DNA of 64,000 nucleotides, from contig JAQXAR010000025.1 of the NCBI GenBank assembly GCA_029252805.1, positions 90,425 through 154,424 on the forward strand, written 5' to 3'. Below, piece by piece: positions 9,223 to 20,290 of this stretch (positions are counted from its first letter, which is position 1; each line of letters opens with the position of its first letter). Made by a program: the position numbers and the translations under genes. This DNA comes from Rickettsiales bacterium. GTDB taxonomy: Bacteria > Pseudomonadota > Alphaproteobacteria > Rickettsiales > JALZUV01. Below the pieces are notes generated by a model, which worked only from the letters and a program-made list of their open reading frames with translations, was not told the origin of the DNA and did no database searches.

Positions 9223-11214
9223 CTAGTGTGAGGATACATAAAAGCGCTTTTCGATACCTAACTGAACCGCCTTCTCTATACGTGCATTTGCTTTTGCCTG
9301 CTGGTTTGGTGATAGGAGTAACAGCACTTTGCCTGAATACCATAGGGCGGTAGGGTCTTGTGGAAATTCTTTCAAAACCGTTTCTGTTAAGAGGAGGATG
9401 CGTTCACCAAAATACTGTTCTTGCTTGGCCTCTTTGGCGTTATTTAACTGATTGAGAAAATACTGATAATAGGGGGCAGCGATATCTCCGCGTGAGGGGT
9501 TCGCTTTGATAGAGGACCATAAAACATGATGCCAATTGACCCTCGCTTTGGCGCGCAAATGATTCCAATGTGCGCCGGAGTAATACACGATCAAATCATT
9601 AATCATATGCGCGCGCAGGCTACGAAGCCGTGTATTTTTTGTGCTATTTTCGGGCAGAGCATTATCGAGTTGATATAAAATTTCACTAAACCAGGCGATG
9701 TCGGTTTTGCCCGTCGTAAAGGAAAGAGTACGAGTATCGCGCTTTTTATTCAGGTAATCAGCGAAATTTAAGGAAACCCACCATAAACGATGATGATCAT
9801 TGGGCGCGCTGATTCGTGCGTGTGGAACACCGCTTTTAATCGCATCCATATAGGTGCGGCCTTTATGCGCATCCTGATAGTGAGTGACTGCTAAGTATAA
9901 AAAGCTTGCAGCGCTTAGGGTTAGAAGCGTTTGGAGTACGTATTTGGATTTTGCAGAAGTTTGAACTTTTGTTGTTTTAGGGGGTATCGAAACCGCGAGT
10001 GCAATGGCAAAAAAGGGCAAACAAATTCCTAACATAAACCAGGCACCTAAAAGGATAGAGAGACCTATCCAGGCCGTTCCAGCCCATATAAGGGTAGGGG
10101 GTGCATTATGGCGTATGGCCAAAAAGGGAAGTGCCGCGAAACAGATCAAACCGATCAAGCCAGTTGAATAGAGTGCTTCCAGATAGTTATTATGCGAATG
10201 AAAAGCCGTGCCGCTGGTGAAAGCCCAATTAGGCGGGGTGTTGGATACATTTGCGATAAACGGATGTGCAAAAAGTGCATCCGTGAAATGCCCCCAGCCT
10301 GCGCCCGTTAGCCAATAAGATGGATTGGCAAGGAGTGCCTCCCATGTGATAGCCCCGAATAAAACGCGCGTGCCGCTGGAGCTGTTATAGAATTGCAGGT
10401 CGCTTGGCTGTGTTCCGGTTAAAATACCATAGAGGGCTTGATACCCATCTGGCATTAAGCAGGAGAGGCTGTAAATAATCGGAATTAACGTGCCGCATAA
10501 CAGTAAGCGCTTATAGCATGTCGGATCAAGTTTTTTGATCTTAATAGAGAGCAGGTAATAGGCTGTAATCGCAAATCCAATGGCACCCCATACGATCATG
10601 GCGAGCAGGCTCTCGGAGCATAAAACGATGGTGCCGCACAGGAAATAATAGGCGATGCGGTGCGTTAGTTTTTGCCAAGGGAGTAAATGGGTGAGAGTAA
10701 TGAGTAAGCATAAAGCAACGAACCCCAGATAATCCGGCCAGCTGGAGGGTAGCCAGTAAGCGTCGGTGAAGCTGTTTTGTAGTAGGGCCAGCGTCAGGGC
10801 AGCGAGTGTTAAGTTCACGGCAGTGGAAAGCTTAAGATTTTGATTTTTAAGAGTGATATGAAAAGCCGAGGCGAGCAGTGTTAAGCTGAGAAACCACAAG
10901 CCACCTTGTCCTATTTCTGGAGAACCTAATAGGGAACGTAACGGGTAATCTGCGAAAAGACTGGTGCTGATAGACCAGCAAGTTAACCCCCACAAGGCAA
11001 GGCAAAGGGGGTGTTTCCAAAAATCGAGTAACCGGTGAGCATGAATGAGCGGAGCCAAGCTCAAGCTTAATATACCGCTCATTAGTAAGAGGATAAAAGT
11101 GACCGGTTCAGATTGAAACCAAATGCCAAATTGAAAGGGTCCTAGGGCGCTGACAAAGAGCCACGGAGAAAGGAAGGTAAGTCCTGTTACAACAGAGATG
11201 CAGAGTCTGAGCAT
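9223..11214 (-). CDS. O-antigen ligase family (Wzy_C domain) polytopic membrane protein with helical/TPR-like C-terminal domain of about 220 aa
   Basis: Many hydrophobic TM segments. The block 'FHSHNNYLEALYSTGLIGL' resembles the conserved WaaL/PglL/Wzy_C loop-helix. The C-terminal third is soluble and helix-rich. Confidence 0.7.
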   Translation of the reverse strand: MLRLCISVVTGLTFLSPWLFVSALGPFQFGIWFQSEPVTFILLLMSGILSLSLAPLIHAHRLLDFWKHPLCLALWGLTCWSISTSLFADYPLRSLLGSPEIGQGGLWFLSLTLLASAFHITLKNQNLKLSTAVNLTLAALTLALLQNSFTDAYWLPSSWPDYLGFVALCLLITLTHLLPWQKLTHRIAYYFLCGTIVLCSESLLAMIVWGAIGFAITAYYLLSIKIKKLDPTCYKRLLLCGTLIPIIYSLSCLMPDGYQALYGILTGTQPSDLQFYNSSSGTRVLFGAITWEALLANPSYWLTGAGWGHFTDALFAHPFIANVSNTPPNWAFTSGTAFHSHNNYLEALYSTGLIGLICFAALPFLAIRHNAPPTLIWAGTAWIGLSILLGAWFMLGICLPFFAIALAVSIPPKTTKVQTSAKSKYVLQTLLTLSAASFLYLAVTHYQDAHKGRTYMDAIKSGVPHARISAPNDHHRLWWVSLNFADYLNKKRDTRTLSFTTGKTDIAWFSEILYQLDNALPENSTKNTRLRSLRAHMINDLIVYYSGAHWNHLRAKARVNWHHVLWSSIKANPSRGDIAAPYYQYFLNQLNNAKEAKQEQYFGERILLLTETVLKEFPQDPTALWYSGKVLLLLSPNQQAKANARIEKAVQLGIEKRFYVSSH

Positions 11215-11381
11215 ATGCCATTTGCTAACATAGTTAGCGCGGGCTTGCTACTATCGTGAGAGTATGCAGCAGTTTTTACGAATGATATCTCATCGTTAAT
11301 TGGGATTAACGGGTACAGAAAGTGAGTCTGTTTAGTCGTAAATCTGTGAATGTTACAATTTCGTTACGGCACTGATTTATA

Positions 11382-12482
11382 GTGGTTTTTTGGTTATATT
11401 TCGCGTATTATGTAGGGGTGGAAGAGTCTCAAAAGATAAAACCTGTCTCAAGCGCAGATGAGCCGGCAGCAAAGGCTGCCCCTTCACTCTATGAGAAAAA
11501 TAAGCTCCGCATTGCGGGCGTCTTAAATGGCTTTGGTGATATTGCGTTATTGAAGGATGGCTATACTGACGAGTTTGATGACAAAACGAAGCGGAAAGTG
11601 GATAAAACGCACCTGAAAGTATCCGGGTGGCTTTACACTCTTGGCGCGGCGGTGATTACCTTCTTTGGTTCGGTTAATAAAGATCAGCAAGTCAAAGACC
11701 TTTCCTATCGAACCGCAGAGTTCATGAAGCAAAAAACGGGTAGTTTAACGAATGACCTGCAATCGTCTAAAATTTTAAATCGCGAATCTGGCGTCATGGC
11801 TAAGATGGCGCGCGGGCTACGTCGTCATTCAGCACAAGCGATGTTATGGTGTTACACGCTAGGTGCGGGCGCGATGCTTGCCGGTGGTATCAAAGCGTAC
11901 CGCAAGCCGGGTGGAGATAAGCCGATTAGCGAAATTTTAGTGGGTGGGATGTCATTGCTAGTCAAAGCGGCTTCAATGCTATTGCCGGAAAAATCAACAA
12001 CGACGGATCCTGAGCAATCAAGAATCAAAGAGACGGGTATTATTGGCTGGATTAAAGAAAAGCCGATGCGCTTGTTTGGTTATGGCTCGATGCTGACGGA
12101 AGCATTTTGGGGCTACCGCGCTTATGAAAAGAAAAAAGCAGGTAAAGACTGGAAACTCGCCGCTGCAACAGGAGGGGCTTATGCGGCTTCCGATGTGGTG
12201 ATTGCGACGACAAATAAAGATGCGACCAATGCGATGGGTAGGCTTGATCAACAAGAGCAAGGCGATCTTGAAAATATGATCGCAGAAACCATTGCGCATC
12301 AAAGTGCAGAGAAGCAGGAGGCGCTTTCCCAAGAAGCGGCGACGTTCCTTGAGAAAGAAGCGGCGGTGAGTGGCAATGTAGATGAGTTGCGTCAGTCGAT
12401 TATGCAGCGTGTAGAGAAGCTCCAAGATAAAGCATGGGTAGATCGCAAGGTGGAAGAGCCTGCTATGGAGTTGCAAGTCTAA
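11382..12482 (+). CDS. hypothetical membrane protein (about 4 predicted TM segments, acidic coiled C-terminus)
   Basis: Long ORF with hydrophobic stretches (GWLYTLGAAVITFFG, MLWCYTLGAGAMLAGG, ILVGGMSLLVKAASMLL). There is no ATG near the 5' end, so candidate starts are GTG 11382 or GTG 11418 and the start is uncertain. Confidence 0.55.
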   Translation: MVFWLYFAYYVGVEESQKIKPVSSADEPAAKAAPSLYEKNKLRIAGVLNGFGDIALLKDGYTDEFDDKTKRKVDKTHLKVSGWLYTLGAAVITFFGSVNKDQQVKDLSYRTAEFMKQKTGSLTNDLQSSKILNRESGVMAKMARGLRRHSAQAMLWCYTLGAGAMLAGGIKAYRKPGGDKPISEILVGGMSLLVKAASMLLPEKSTTTDPEQSRIKETGIIGWIKEKPMRLFGYGSMLTEAFWGYRAYEKKKAGKDWKLAAATGGAYAASDVVIATTNKDATNAMGRLDQQEQGDLENMIAETIAHQSAEKQEALSQEAATFLEKEAAVSGNVDELRQSIMQRVEKLQDKAWVDRKVEEPAMELQV

Positions 12483-13837
12483 TCCGTTAAGTGTTTCATC
12501 GCTTTTGCAAAGGAAGCGCTAATTATCTCCCGTTTTTTGTGTCGACCCTGTTCGACCATTTTTGTGCCATTCACCCACACATCACGAATGCAGGATTTAT
12601 CGCCTGCGAAAATCCAGCTATTGAGCCAATTATCGTGTCGCTTCCCAATAAGCGTAGGGTGGTTCTCATCGAGTGAGGCGATATCGCAATAGTTTCCCAC
12701 CTTGATAGCGCCCATTGCCTGACCGAGCGCTTGTGCACCACCTGTAAGTGCCGCATCAAACAGTGCGCGTCCCGTCGCTTGATTATCCCCAGCGAGGCGA
12801 TTGCGGCCTAGATCGCGCAAACGTTGGCTATATTCGTAGCTGCGCAGTTCTTCGGCTAAGTCGATACGGATATGGCTGTCTGAACCGATGCCCCAGCGGC
12901 CCCCTACTTGTGCGTAATCCACTCCCTCAAAGATGCCATCACCTAAGTTAGCTTCGGTGATCGGGCATAGCCCTGCGACGGCTTTACTCTTTGCCATCAA
13001 TGCTAGTTCAGATGCATCCAAATGGGTCGCATGGACGAGGCACCAGCGCTCATCAACTGCGTGATGATCATAAAGCCATTGCACGGGGCGAGCGCCAGAC
13101 CAGCTAAGGCAATCATCCACTTCTTTGACTTGTTCGGCGATATGGATATGGACGGGGCCAGTTGGAGTAGCATTCAGCACATGATTGAGCGTTTCAGGGG
13201 TGACGGCACGTAGCGAATGCGGCGCAATGCCTACGGTATTTCGATCGTTAGGCAGAGCGTTACGGCACGTTTCGACTAATGTTAAAAATGCATCAGGATC
13301 ATTATGGAAGCGTTTCTGCGCGACTTGTGTCGGGGTGCCACCAAAGCCGCTATAGGCATAAAATACCGGCAATAAAGTTTGCGCTATGCCGGTGGTTTCG
13401 GCGGCATTCATCACTTGTTGCGCCATCTCTGTACGATTCTCATAAGCGCTGCCATCGGTTTGATGGTGCAGGTAGTGGAACTCTCCGACAGCCGTAAATC
13501 CGGCCTCCAGCATCTCGACATAAAGTTGTGCGGCGATGGCCTGTAGATCCTCGGGGCGCAGGCGCTCGACGAAGCGATACATCACTTCGCGCCATGTCCA
13601 GAAGCTATCGGTACGATCGGCGCTTGCCCATTCGCCGAGGCCTGCCATGGCGCGTTGAAACGCATGACTATGCAAATTCGCCATTCCTGCGACGCCAATA
13701 TGCCCATCAATACCGTTAGCAGGCTGGCCGCTATTGGCCGTAACGGCGGTGATTAAGCCTGTATTATCGGTTTCGATAAGGACATTTTCTGCCCAACCTT
13801 CAGGCAGTAAAAGATTTGTAAAAAACAGCTGGTTCAT
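12479..13837 (-). CDS. hutF: formimidoylglutamate deiminase
   Basis: Amidohydrolase-superfamily protein of 452 aa with 'NLHSHAFQRAMAGL' near the N-terminus and the typical HutF opening (LLLPEGW). Divergent from hutIHGU. Confidence 0.85.
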   Translation of the reverse strand: MNQLFFTNLLLPEGWAENVLIETDNTGLITAVTANSGQPANGIDGHIGVAGMANLHSHAFQRAMAGLGEWASADRTDSFWTWREVMYRFVERLRPEDLQAIAAQLYVEMLEAGFTAVGEFHYLHHQTDGSAYENRTEMAQQVMNAAETTGIAQTLLPVFYAYSGFGGTPTQVAQKRFHNDPDAFLTLVETCRNALPNDRNTVGIAPHSLRAVTPETLNHVLNATPTGPVHIHIAEQVKEVDDCLSWSGARPVQWLYDHHAVDERWCLVHATHLDASELALMAKSKAVAGLCPITEANLGDGIFEGVDYAQVGGRWGIGSDSHIRIDLAEELRSYEYSQRLRDLGRNRLAGDNQATGRALFDAALTGGAQALGQAMGAIKVGNYCDIASLDENHPTLIGKRHDNWLNSWIFAGDKSCIRDVWVNGTKMVEQGRHKKREIISASFAKAMKHLTD

Positions 13838-13846
13838 AAGGTCTAA

Positions 13847-13854
13847 CTATATAG
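13847..13854. promoter_or_regulatory. perfect 8-bp palindrome CTATATAG in the 28-bp hutF/hutI divergent intergenic region (candidate operator or shared promoter core)
   Basis: Read directly. It lies centrally between the hutF start (13837) and the hutI start (13866). Confidence 0.3.
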
Positions 13855-13865
13855 AATAATCCGAC

Positions 13866-15077
13866 ATGACAAACCCTGAATCTGTAGAAACATTATTCAC
13901 GCACGCCACCCTCGCCACGATGGCCGGTGACGCTGCCTATGGTTTGCTGCGTGATGCGGCGATTGGGGTGACGCAGGGCAAGATCGTGTGGATCGGTGAT
14001 GTGGCAGAGGCGCCCCCCGCGCAGCAAGTTGAAGACTGTGCCGGTAAGCTGATCACCCCCGCCTTGATCGATTGCCATACGCATCTGGTGCATGGCGGCA
14101 ATCGTGCCAAAGAATTTGAATTACGTTTGAACGGTGCCTCTTATGAGGAAATCGCCCGTAGTGGTGGCGGCATCCTCTCGACCGTGACGAAAACCCGCGC
14201 CGCATCGGAAGATGAGCTCGTGGCCACGGCGCTAAAACGTCTGGATCCTCTGATTGCCGAGGGGCTTGGCACGATTGAGATAAAATCTGGCTATGGTTTG
14301 GAGACTCAGAGCGAGTTGAAAATGCTTCGCGCCGCCCGTCGATTGGCAAAGGAGCGCCGAGTTCGCGTTAAAACGACTTTCCTAGGCGCACATGCGCTGC
14401 CCCCGGAATTTGCGGATAGAGCCGATGATTACATTCGTTTCGTTTGCGACGAAATGCTGCCTGCCGCCCATGCGGAAGGTTTAGTCGATGCGGTGGATGG
14501 GTTTTGCGAGAATATCGCCTTTTCGCCTGCGCAGATGGAGCGTGTTTTTGCCAAAGCGCAGGAACTTGGGCTTCCTATTAAGCTACATGCCGAGCAGCTC
14601 TCGGATTTAGGCGGTGCCGTCATGGCTGCGGGTAAAGGTGCATTATCGGTCGACCATTTGGAATATTTGAAGCCGGAAGATGCTTCGATTTTGGCTGAAA
14701 ATAATACAGTAGCCGTGTTGCTACCTGGCGCTTTTTATACCTTGCGTGAAACGAAATTACCGCCAATTGAGGCGTTGCGTAAAGCCGGTGTTTCCCTAGC
14801 GATTGCGACCGATAATAATCCCGGTTCATCGCCGATCTCATCGTTGCTTTTGACCATGAACATGGCCTGCACCTTATTTCGACTGACGCCAGAGGAAGCT
14901 TTAGCGGGTTGCACTCGTGCTGCCGCTCAAGCGCTCGGTTTGCAGGATGAGATCGGCACATTGCAAGTGGGTAAAAATGCAGAATTAGCGATTTGGGATG
15001 TGAGTGAACCAGCCGAGCTTATCTATCCGCTCGGTGGGAGCTCATTGGTAAAGCGCGTAATAGGAGAGAATCGATGA
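13866..15077 (+). CDS. hutI: imidazolonepropionase
   Basis: 403 aa. Metal-binding 'IDCHTHLV' and overall HutI-like sequence ([17 protein letters not shown]). First gene of the hut operon. Confidence 0.92.
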   Translation: MTNPESVETLFTHATLATMAGDAAYGLLRDAAIGVTQGKIVWIGDVAEAPPAQQVEDCAGKLITPALIDCHTHLVHGGNRAKEFELRLNGASYEEIARSGGGILSTVTKTRAASEDELVATALKRLDPLIAEGLGTIEIKSGYGLETQSELKMLRAARRLAKERRVRVKTTFLGAHALPPEFADRADDYIRFVCDEMLPAAHAEGLVDAVDGFCENIAFSPAQMERVFAKAQELGLPIKLHAEQLSDLGGAVMAAGKGALSVDHLEYLKPEDASILAENNTVAVLLPGAFYTLRETKLPPIEALRKAGVSLAIATDNNPGSSPISSLLLTMNMACTLFRLTPEEALAGCTRAAAQALGLQDEIGTLQVGKNAELAIWDVSEPAELIYPLGGSSLVKRVIGENR

Positions 15078-16606
15078 CATTAACCCTAACCCCCGGCTCC
15101 GTGAGTCTTGTACAGTTAGAGGAAATCTACCGTAGCGACAGGCTGTCCGTTTGCTTACATGAAGCCTGCATTCCGGCGATTGAAAATTCAGCGGCGATCG
15201 TTGCGAAAGCGGCGGCAGGTGACGTGCCTGTTTATGGCGTGAATACTGGATTCGGTAAATTAGCCAGCACGCGCATCGCGCCCGAAGATACGACGAAGCT
15301 GCAGCGTAATCTTATCCTCTCGCATTGCTCAGGTGTGGGGGAGCCGCTCGATGCACCGGTGGTACGGTTAATCATGGTGCTTAAACTTATCTCGCTAGGG
15401 CGTGGAGTTTCTGGTGTGCGATTGGAGATTACTCGACAAATTGAGAAAATGCTGGAGCGTGATGTCGTGCCGATGATTCCTGCTAAAGGGTCGGTCGGTG
15501 CCTCCGGCGACTTAGCGCCACTTGCGCATATGGCTGCTGTTATGATGGGCGAGGGCGAAGCGTTCTATGAAGGTCAGCGTTTATCCGGTGCGGATGCGCT
15601 GAAGGCTGCTGGTTTAGAGCCTGTAGTGCTGGGTGCAAAAGAAGGCTTGGGTCTGATTAACGGCACGCAAGTTTCGACTGCACTGGCGCTTATTGGCCTG
15701 TTCGATGCATGGCATTTGGCGCAACATTCTTTGGTGACGGGCGCGCTATCAACCGATGCGGCGATGGGTGCAGCGGCTCCCTTTAGAACCGAAATCCATG
15801 AGTTTCGTGGTCATAAAGGACAGCAAGATGCTGCCAGCTTCCTGCGTCATGTGTTGGACGGATCAGAGATTCTCACAAGTCATTTGCAGGGCGATGAGCG
15901 AGTGCAAGATCCGTATTGTATTCGTTGTCAACCGCAGGTGGTGGGAGCCTGCGTCGACCTGCTAAGGCAAGTCAGCAAAACGCTGGAAATTGAGGCGAAT
16001 GCCGCCACCGATAATCCGCTCGTTTTTGATGATGGTACGATTGTATCGGGCGGTAACTTCCATGCAGAACCAGTGGCTTTTGCTGCTGATCAAATTGCGC
16101 TAGCGATAGCGGAATTAGGCTCAATCGCGCAACGTCGAGTCGCACTTTTGGTCGACCCTACTTTGAGCTTTGGTCTACCCGCATTCCTCAGCCCTGAACC
16201 GGGAGTGAATTCCGGCTATATGATTGCGGAGGTTACGACGGCGGCATTAATGTCTGAAAATAAACAAAAAGCCTCGTCTTGTTCGGTCGATTCAACCCCG
16301 ACTTCAGCCAATCAGGAAGATCATGTTTCGATGGCGTGCCATGCAGCTTACCGGCTTATCAGTATGAATCAGAATCTCGCGCATATCATTGGTATCGAAC
16401 TGCTCACAGCGGTTCAGGGGATTGAATTTCGCGCGCCATTGCAAACCAGTCCAACATTACGCAAAATCATTGATAGATTGCGCCGCAAAATCCCAACCTT
16501 GGCGCAAGATCGTTATATGGCGAATGATTTAGAGGAAGCGGCACAGATTATTTCCAGCGGTGAATTGCTCGCTGGTTTGGACGTGCAAGGAATGTTGACG
16601 CTATGA
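15074..16606 (+). CDS. hutH: histidine ammonia-lyase
   Basis: MIO-forming '[16 protein letters not shown]' motif. 510 aa. ATGA start/stop overlap with hutI. Confidence 0.95.
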   Translation: MTLTLTPGSVSLVQLEEIYRSDRLSVCLHEACIPAIENSAAIVAKAAAGDVPVYGVNTGFGKLASTRIAPEDTTKLQRNLILSHCSGVGEPLDAPVVRLIMVLKLISLGRGVSGVRLEITRQIEKMLERDVVPMIPAKGSVGASGDLAPLAHMAAVMMGEGEAFYEGQRLSGADALKAAGLEPVVLGAKEGLGLINGTQVSTALALIGLFDAWHLAQHSLVTGALSTDAAMGAAAPFRTEIHEFRGHKGQQDAASFLRHVLDGSEILTSHLQGDERVQDPYCIRCQPQVVGACVDLLRQVSKTLEIEANAATDNPLVFDDGTIVSGGNFHAEPVAFAADQIALAIAELGSIAQRRVALLVDPTLSFGLPAFLSPEPGVNSGYMIAEVTTAALMSENKQKASSCSVDSTPTSANQEDHVSMACHAAYRLISMNQNLAHIIGIELLTAVQGIEFRAPLQTSPTLRKIIDRLRRKIPTLAQDRYMANDLEEAAQIISSGELLAGLDVQGMLTL

Positions 16607-17409
16607 ATCCTGTCGAGATAAAAGAAGGCAGCTGCCCGATAATCCTTGCCATGCCGCATAGCGGAACGTGGTTGCCGCAAGAGATATTTGCAGGCTTAAA
16701 TGAGATCGGTCAAAAACTACGCGATACGGATTGGCATATTGACCGGCTTTACGATGGGCTTTTGCCTGAGGCGAGCATCGTCAAAGCGAATTTCCACCGT
16801 TACGTGATTGATGCGAATCGCGATCCTGAAGGCGTGAGCCTCTATCCCGGGCAGAATACGACCACCCTTTGCCCGACCATTGATTTCGATGGCGCACCGA
16901 TTTGGCATGCGGGTAAAGAACCTGATATGGCGCAGGTTAAGCATCGTACCGAACAGTTCCACGCACCGTATCATAAGGCGTTACGTCAAATGATCGAAGT
17001 AACAAAAGCGAAATATGGCTTTGCCATTCTCTATGATTGTCATTCCATTCGCTCCGAAGCACCGTTCTTATTTGAAGGTGTATTACCCGTGCTCAACATT
17101 GGCACGAATGACAGTAAGAGCTGTTCGTCTGAAATTGAAAAACTCGTAACGGAAGCTTGCGCCGATTCATCATTTTCTCAAGTACTCAATGGTCGCTTCA
17201 AAGGCGGGTGGACGACGCGGTATTATGGCAATCCAAGCGTCGATGTTCATGCGATTCAAATGGAATTGACTCAAGCTGCTTACATGCAAGAAACTGACCC
17301 TTGGGCGTATCTGCCTGAACGTGCGGAAACCTTACGTCAAACATTACAAACATTACTCTTAAACCTTAGGAATTTTGATTATGTCTCAAACCATGAAGCA
17401 TCTGCGTAA
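16603..17409 (+). CDS. hutG: N-formylglutamate amidohydrolase (formylglutamate deformylase)
   Basis: 268-aa FGase-family protein ([12 protein letters not shown]..., DANRDP, YDCHS). ATGA overlap with hutH. Its position matches hut operons that use the HutF/HutG route. Confidence 0.85.
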   Translation: MNPVEIKEGSCPIILAMPHSGTWLPQEIFAGLNEIGQKLRDTDWHIDRLYDGLLPEASIVKANFHRYVIDANRDPEGVSLYPGQNTTTLCPTIDFDGAPIWHAGKEPDMAQVKHRTEQFHAPYHKALRQMIEVTKAKYGFAILYDCHSIRSEAPFLFEGVLPVLNIGTNDSKSCSSEIEKLVTEACADSSFSQVLNGRFKGGWTTRYYGNPSVDVHAIQMELTQAAYMQETDPWAYLPERAETLRQTLQTLLLNLRNFDYVSNHEASA

Positions 17410-19060
17410 AAATACGCGTGATATCCGTGCGGCGCGCGGGTCTGAACTCAGCGCGAAGAGCTGGCTGACGGAAGCGCCTTTGCGCATGTTGATGAATAAC
17501 CTTGATGCGGAAGTGGCAGAGAATCCGCATGAACTCGTGGTGTATGGCGGTATTGGCCGTGCCGCGCGCACATGGAAAGATTACGACCAAATCGTCGCTA
17601 GTTTGCAGGCACTGGAAGAGAATGAAACGCTTATCGTGCAATCAGGCAAGCCGGTTGGTGTGTTCCAAACGCATAAAGATGCGCCGCGTGTGTTAATCGC
17701 CAATTCCAACCTCGTGCCAGAATGGGCGAATTGGGATCACTTTAACGAACTCGATAAAAAAGGCCTAATGATGTACGGCCAAATGACAGCGGGCTCGTGG
17801 ATTTATATCGGCACGCAAGGCATTGTACAGGGCACCTATGAGACCTTTATGGAAGCCGGGCGTCAGCATTATGATGGCGATCTAACAGGTAAATGGATTC
17901 TCACCGGCGGTCTTGGCGGCATGGGCGGCGCGCAGCCACTCGCGGCGGTGATGGCAGGCGCCTGTTGCCTCGCCGTGGAATGTAACGAAGACAGTATCGA
18001 TTTTCGTCTACGCACACGTTACGTCGATGAAAAAGCCAAAACGCTCGACGAGGCGTTGGAAATGATCAATCGTTGGACCGCAGCGGGTGAGGCGAAGTCG
18101 GTAGGCTTGCTTGGCAATGCAGCGGATGTATTCACAGAAATTGCGAAGCGCGAAATCCGTCCCGATATTGTGACCGATCAAACCTCCGCGCATGATCCAA
18201 TTAATGGTTATCTGCCGCAAGGTTGGACGATGGCGCAGTGGAAAGAAAAGCGCGAGACAGATCCAAAGGCGGTGGAAGTTGCCGCACGCGCTTCCATGAA
18301 AAACCAAGTGGCAGCGATGCTTGAATTTTGGAATCGTGATATCCCGACCCTCGATTACGGCAATAATATTCGCCAAGTCGCGCTGAATGAAGGGTTGGAG
18401 AATGCGTTCGATTTCCCTGGTTTTGTGCCGGCTTATGTCCGTCCACTTTTCTGTCAAGGTATTGGGCCATTCCGCTGGGTTGCTCTTTCAGGAGATCCAG
18501 AGGATATTTACAAAACCGATGCGAAGGTGAAAGAGCTTCTGCCCGATAATAAACATCTGCATAACTGGTTGGATATGGCACGCGAGCGTATCGACTTCCA
18601 AGGGCTTCCAGCCCGCATCTGTTGGGTGGGTTTGGGTGATCGTCACCGCCTAGGGCTTGCTTTTAACGAGATGGTAGCCTCAGGCGAATTATCCGCCCCC
18701 GTCGTAATTGGCCGTGATCATTTGGATTCCGGCTCCGTCGCCTCGCCCAATCGTGAGACAGAAGCGATGAAAGATGGTTCAGATGCGGTTTCGGACTGGC
18801 CCTTATTAAATGCGCTACTTAACTGCGCATCAGGCGCGACATGGGTATCACTGCATCATGGTGGTGGCGTGGGGATGGGTTATTCGCAGCATTCCGGTAT
18901 GGTGATTTGCGCCGATGGTTCCGAGGATGCTGCCCGCCGTATTGAGCGTGTTTTATGGAATGATCCGGCGACCGGTGTGATGCGTCACGCCGATGCTGGC
19001 TACGAGATCGCCCGTGATTGTGCGAAAGAAAAAGGCCTTAAACTGCCAGCAATTTTATAA
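17381..19060 (+). CDS. hutU: urocanate hydratase
   Basis: '[13 protein letters not shown]' NAD-binding block and highly conserved urocanase sequence throughout. ATG 17381 is preferred over the TTG at 17375. Confidence 0.95.
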   Translation: MSQTMKHLRKNTRDIRAARGSELSAKSWLTEAPLRMLMNNLDAEVAENPHELVVYGGIGRAARTWKDYDQIVASLQALEENETLIVQSGKPVGVFQTHKDAPRVLIANSNLVPEWANWDHFNELDKKGLMMYGQMTAGSWIYIGTQGIVQGTYETFMEAGRQHYDGDLTGKWILTGGLGGMGGAQPLAAVMAGACCLAVECNEDSIDFRLRTRYVDEKAKTLDEALEMINRWTAAGEAKSVGLLGNAADVFTEIAKREIRPDIVTDQTSAHDPINGYLPQGWTMAQWKEKRETDPKAVEVAARASMKNQVAAMLEFWNRDIPTLDYGNNIRQVALNEGLENAFDFPGFVPAYVRPLFCQGIGPFRWVALSGDPEDIYKTDAKVKELLPDNKHLHNWLDMARERIDFQGLPARICWVGLGDRHRLGLAFNEMVASGELSAPVVIGRDHLDSGSVASPNRETEAMKDGSDAVSDWPLLNALLNCASGATWVSLHHGGGVGMGYSQHSGMVICADGSEDAARRIERVLWNDPATGVMRHADAGYEIARDCAKEKGLKLPAIL

Positions 19061-19070
19061 GGAAAAGAGA

Positions 19071-20252
19071 ATGGTTTCGATTGGAACTCCGCTATCGCTC
19101 ACTGCGAAAAAAGTGCTGCTTTGCGGCTCTGGAGAGTTAGGCAAAGAAGTCGCGTTAGAACTTCAGGCGATGGGCGTAGAAGTGATCGCGCTTGATCGTT
19201 ATGAGAACGCGCCCGCGATGCAAGTGGCGCATCGAAGTCACGTGCTTTCGATGCTGGATGGTGCCGAACTTCGCCGCATCATTGAACTCGAAAACCCTGA
19301 TTTGATTGTGCCGGAAATTGAGGCGATTGCGACCGATACATTGGCTGAGTTGGAGGGTGAAGGCTATCAAGTCATCCCAACCGCGCGTGCAACGCAACTT
19401 ACCATGAACCGCGAAGGAATTCGCCGTTTGGCCGCAGAAGAACTAGGTCTCAAAACCTCACCTTATCAATTTGTGAGTAATGAGGTCGATTTTAAAGCGG
19501 CGGTGCAAGAGATTGGCATTCCTTGTGTCATCAAGCCAGTGATGAGCTCCTCTGGCAAAGGCCAGAGCGTCATCCGCGATGCAACTTCCATCCAAAAAGC
19601 ATGGGATTATGCGAGCGAAGGTGCGCGTGGTGGCGCAGGTACGGTGATTATCGAAGGCTTCGTGCCGTTCGATTACGAAATTACACTCCTCACCGTTCGC
19701 CATAAAGACGGAACGAGCTTTTGCGCCCCCATCGGTCACGCCCAAGAGGATGGCGACTATCGCGAAAGCTGGCAACCACAGGCTATGTCAGTCGAAGCAT
19801 TGGAAGAAGCAGAGCGTATCGCCGGTGCCGTCACTGCTGGTCTCGGCGGACAAGGTGTGTTTGGCGTAGAGCTGTTCGTGCAAGGCGATGATGTGTATTT
19901 TAATGAAGTGTCACCGCGCCCGCATGATACGGGGCTGGTAACGCTTATGTCGCAGAACCTCTCTGAATTCGCACTGCATGTGCGTGCGATTTTAGACCTA
20001 CCAATTCCCGAAATCCGTCAAATGGGCCCCTCCGCTTCCAGCGTGATTCTGGTGGAAGGCGAGTCGCAGCAGCTAAGCTTTAGCAGTCTTGATATAGCAC
20101 TGGCGCAGCCGGACACGATGCTGCGCCTCTTTGGCAAACCTGAAGTGAAAGGTCGTCGTCGTATGGGCGTGGCGATCGCACAAGCTGAAACCATCGAGCA
20201 AGCGCGAGCGAAAGCGAATGCTTGCGCACAAGCAGTTGGCACAGAGCTTTAA
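19071..20252 (+). CDS. purT: formate-dependent phosphoribosylglycinamide formyltransferase (GAR transformylase 2)
   Basis: ATP-grasp protein with the typical PurT N-terminus '[17 protein letters not shown]' plus '[14 protein letters not shown]'. ATG at 19071 has the purine-rich 'ggaaaagaga' just upstream, 10 nt after the hutU stop. Confidence 0.9.
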   Translation: MVSIGTPLSLTAKKVLLCGSGELGKEVALELQAMGVEVIALDRYENAPAMQVAHRSHVLSMLDGAELRRIIELENPDLIVPEIEAIATDTLAELEGEGYQVIPTARATQLTMNREGIRRLAAEELGLKTSPYQFVSNEVDFKAAVQEIGIPCVIKPVMSSSGKGQSVIRDATSIQKAWDYASEGARGGAGTVIIEGFVPFDYEITLLTVRHKDGTSFCAPIGHAQEDGDYRESWQPQAMSVEALEEAERIAGAVTAGLGGQGVFGVELFVQGDDVYFNEVSPRPHDTGLVTLMSQNLSEFALHVRAILDLPIPEIRQMGPSASSVILVEGESQQLSFSSLDIALAQPDTMLRLFGKPEVKGRRRMGVAIAQAETIEQARAKANACAQAVGTEL

Positions 20253-20290
20253 TTGCGATATAAATTAGCCATCAAAAAGGCAGGAACGAT

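Noticed and set aside
11224-11238. A small palindrome GCTAAC-ATA-GTTAGC lies 10 nt upstream of the O-antigen-ligase-family gene start.
   Set aside because: Arms of 6 bp are expected by chance many times in 64 kb, and there is no supporting context.
12018-12476. A 152-aa minus-strand ORF inside the 11382-12482 gene. Comparable antisense ORFs lie at 18008-18581, 21797-22261, 23099-23742, 33284-33721, 34442-34846, 35592-35978, 38597-39022 and 42850-43383.
   Set aside because: Each lies entirely within, and antisense to, a gene with strong family motifs. Their translations are Arg/His/Cys-rich nonsense typical of non-coding frames.
18993-19070. An upstream ATG would extend purT by 26 codons into hutU.
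   Set aside because: PurT homologues start at about 'M....[13 protein letters not shown]'. ATG 19071 has a purine-rich leader and does not overlap hutU.
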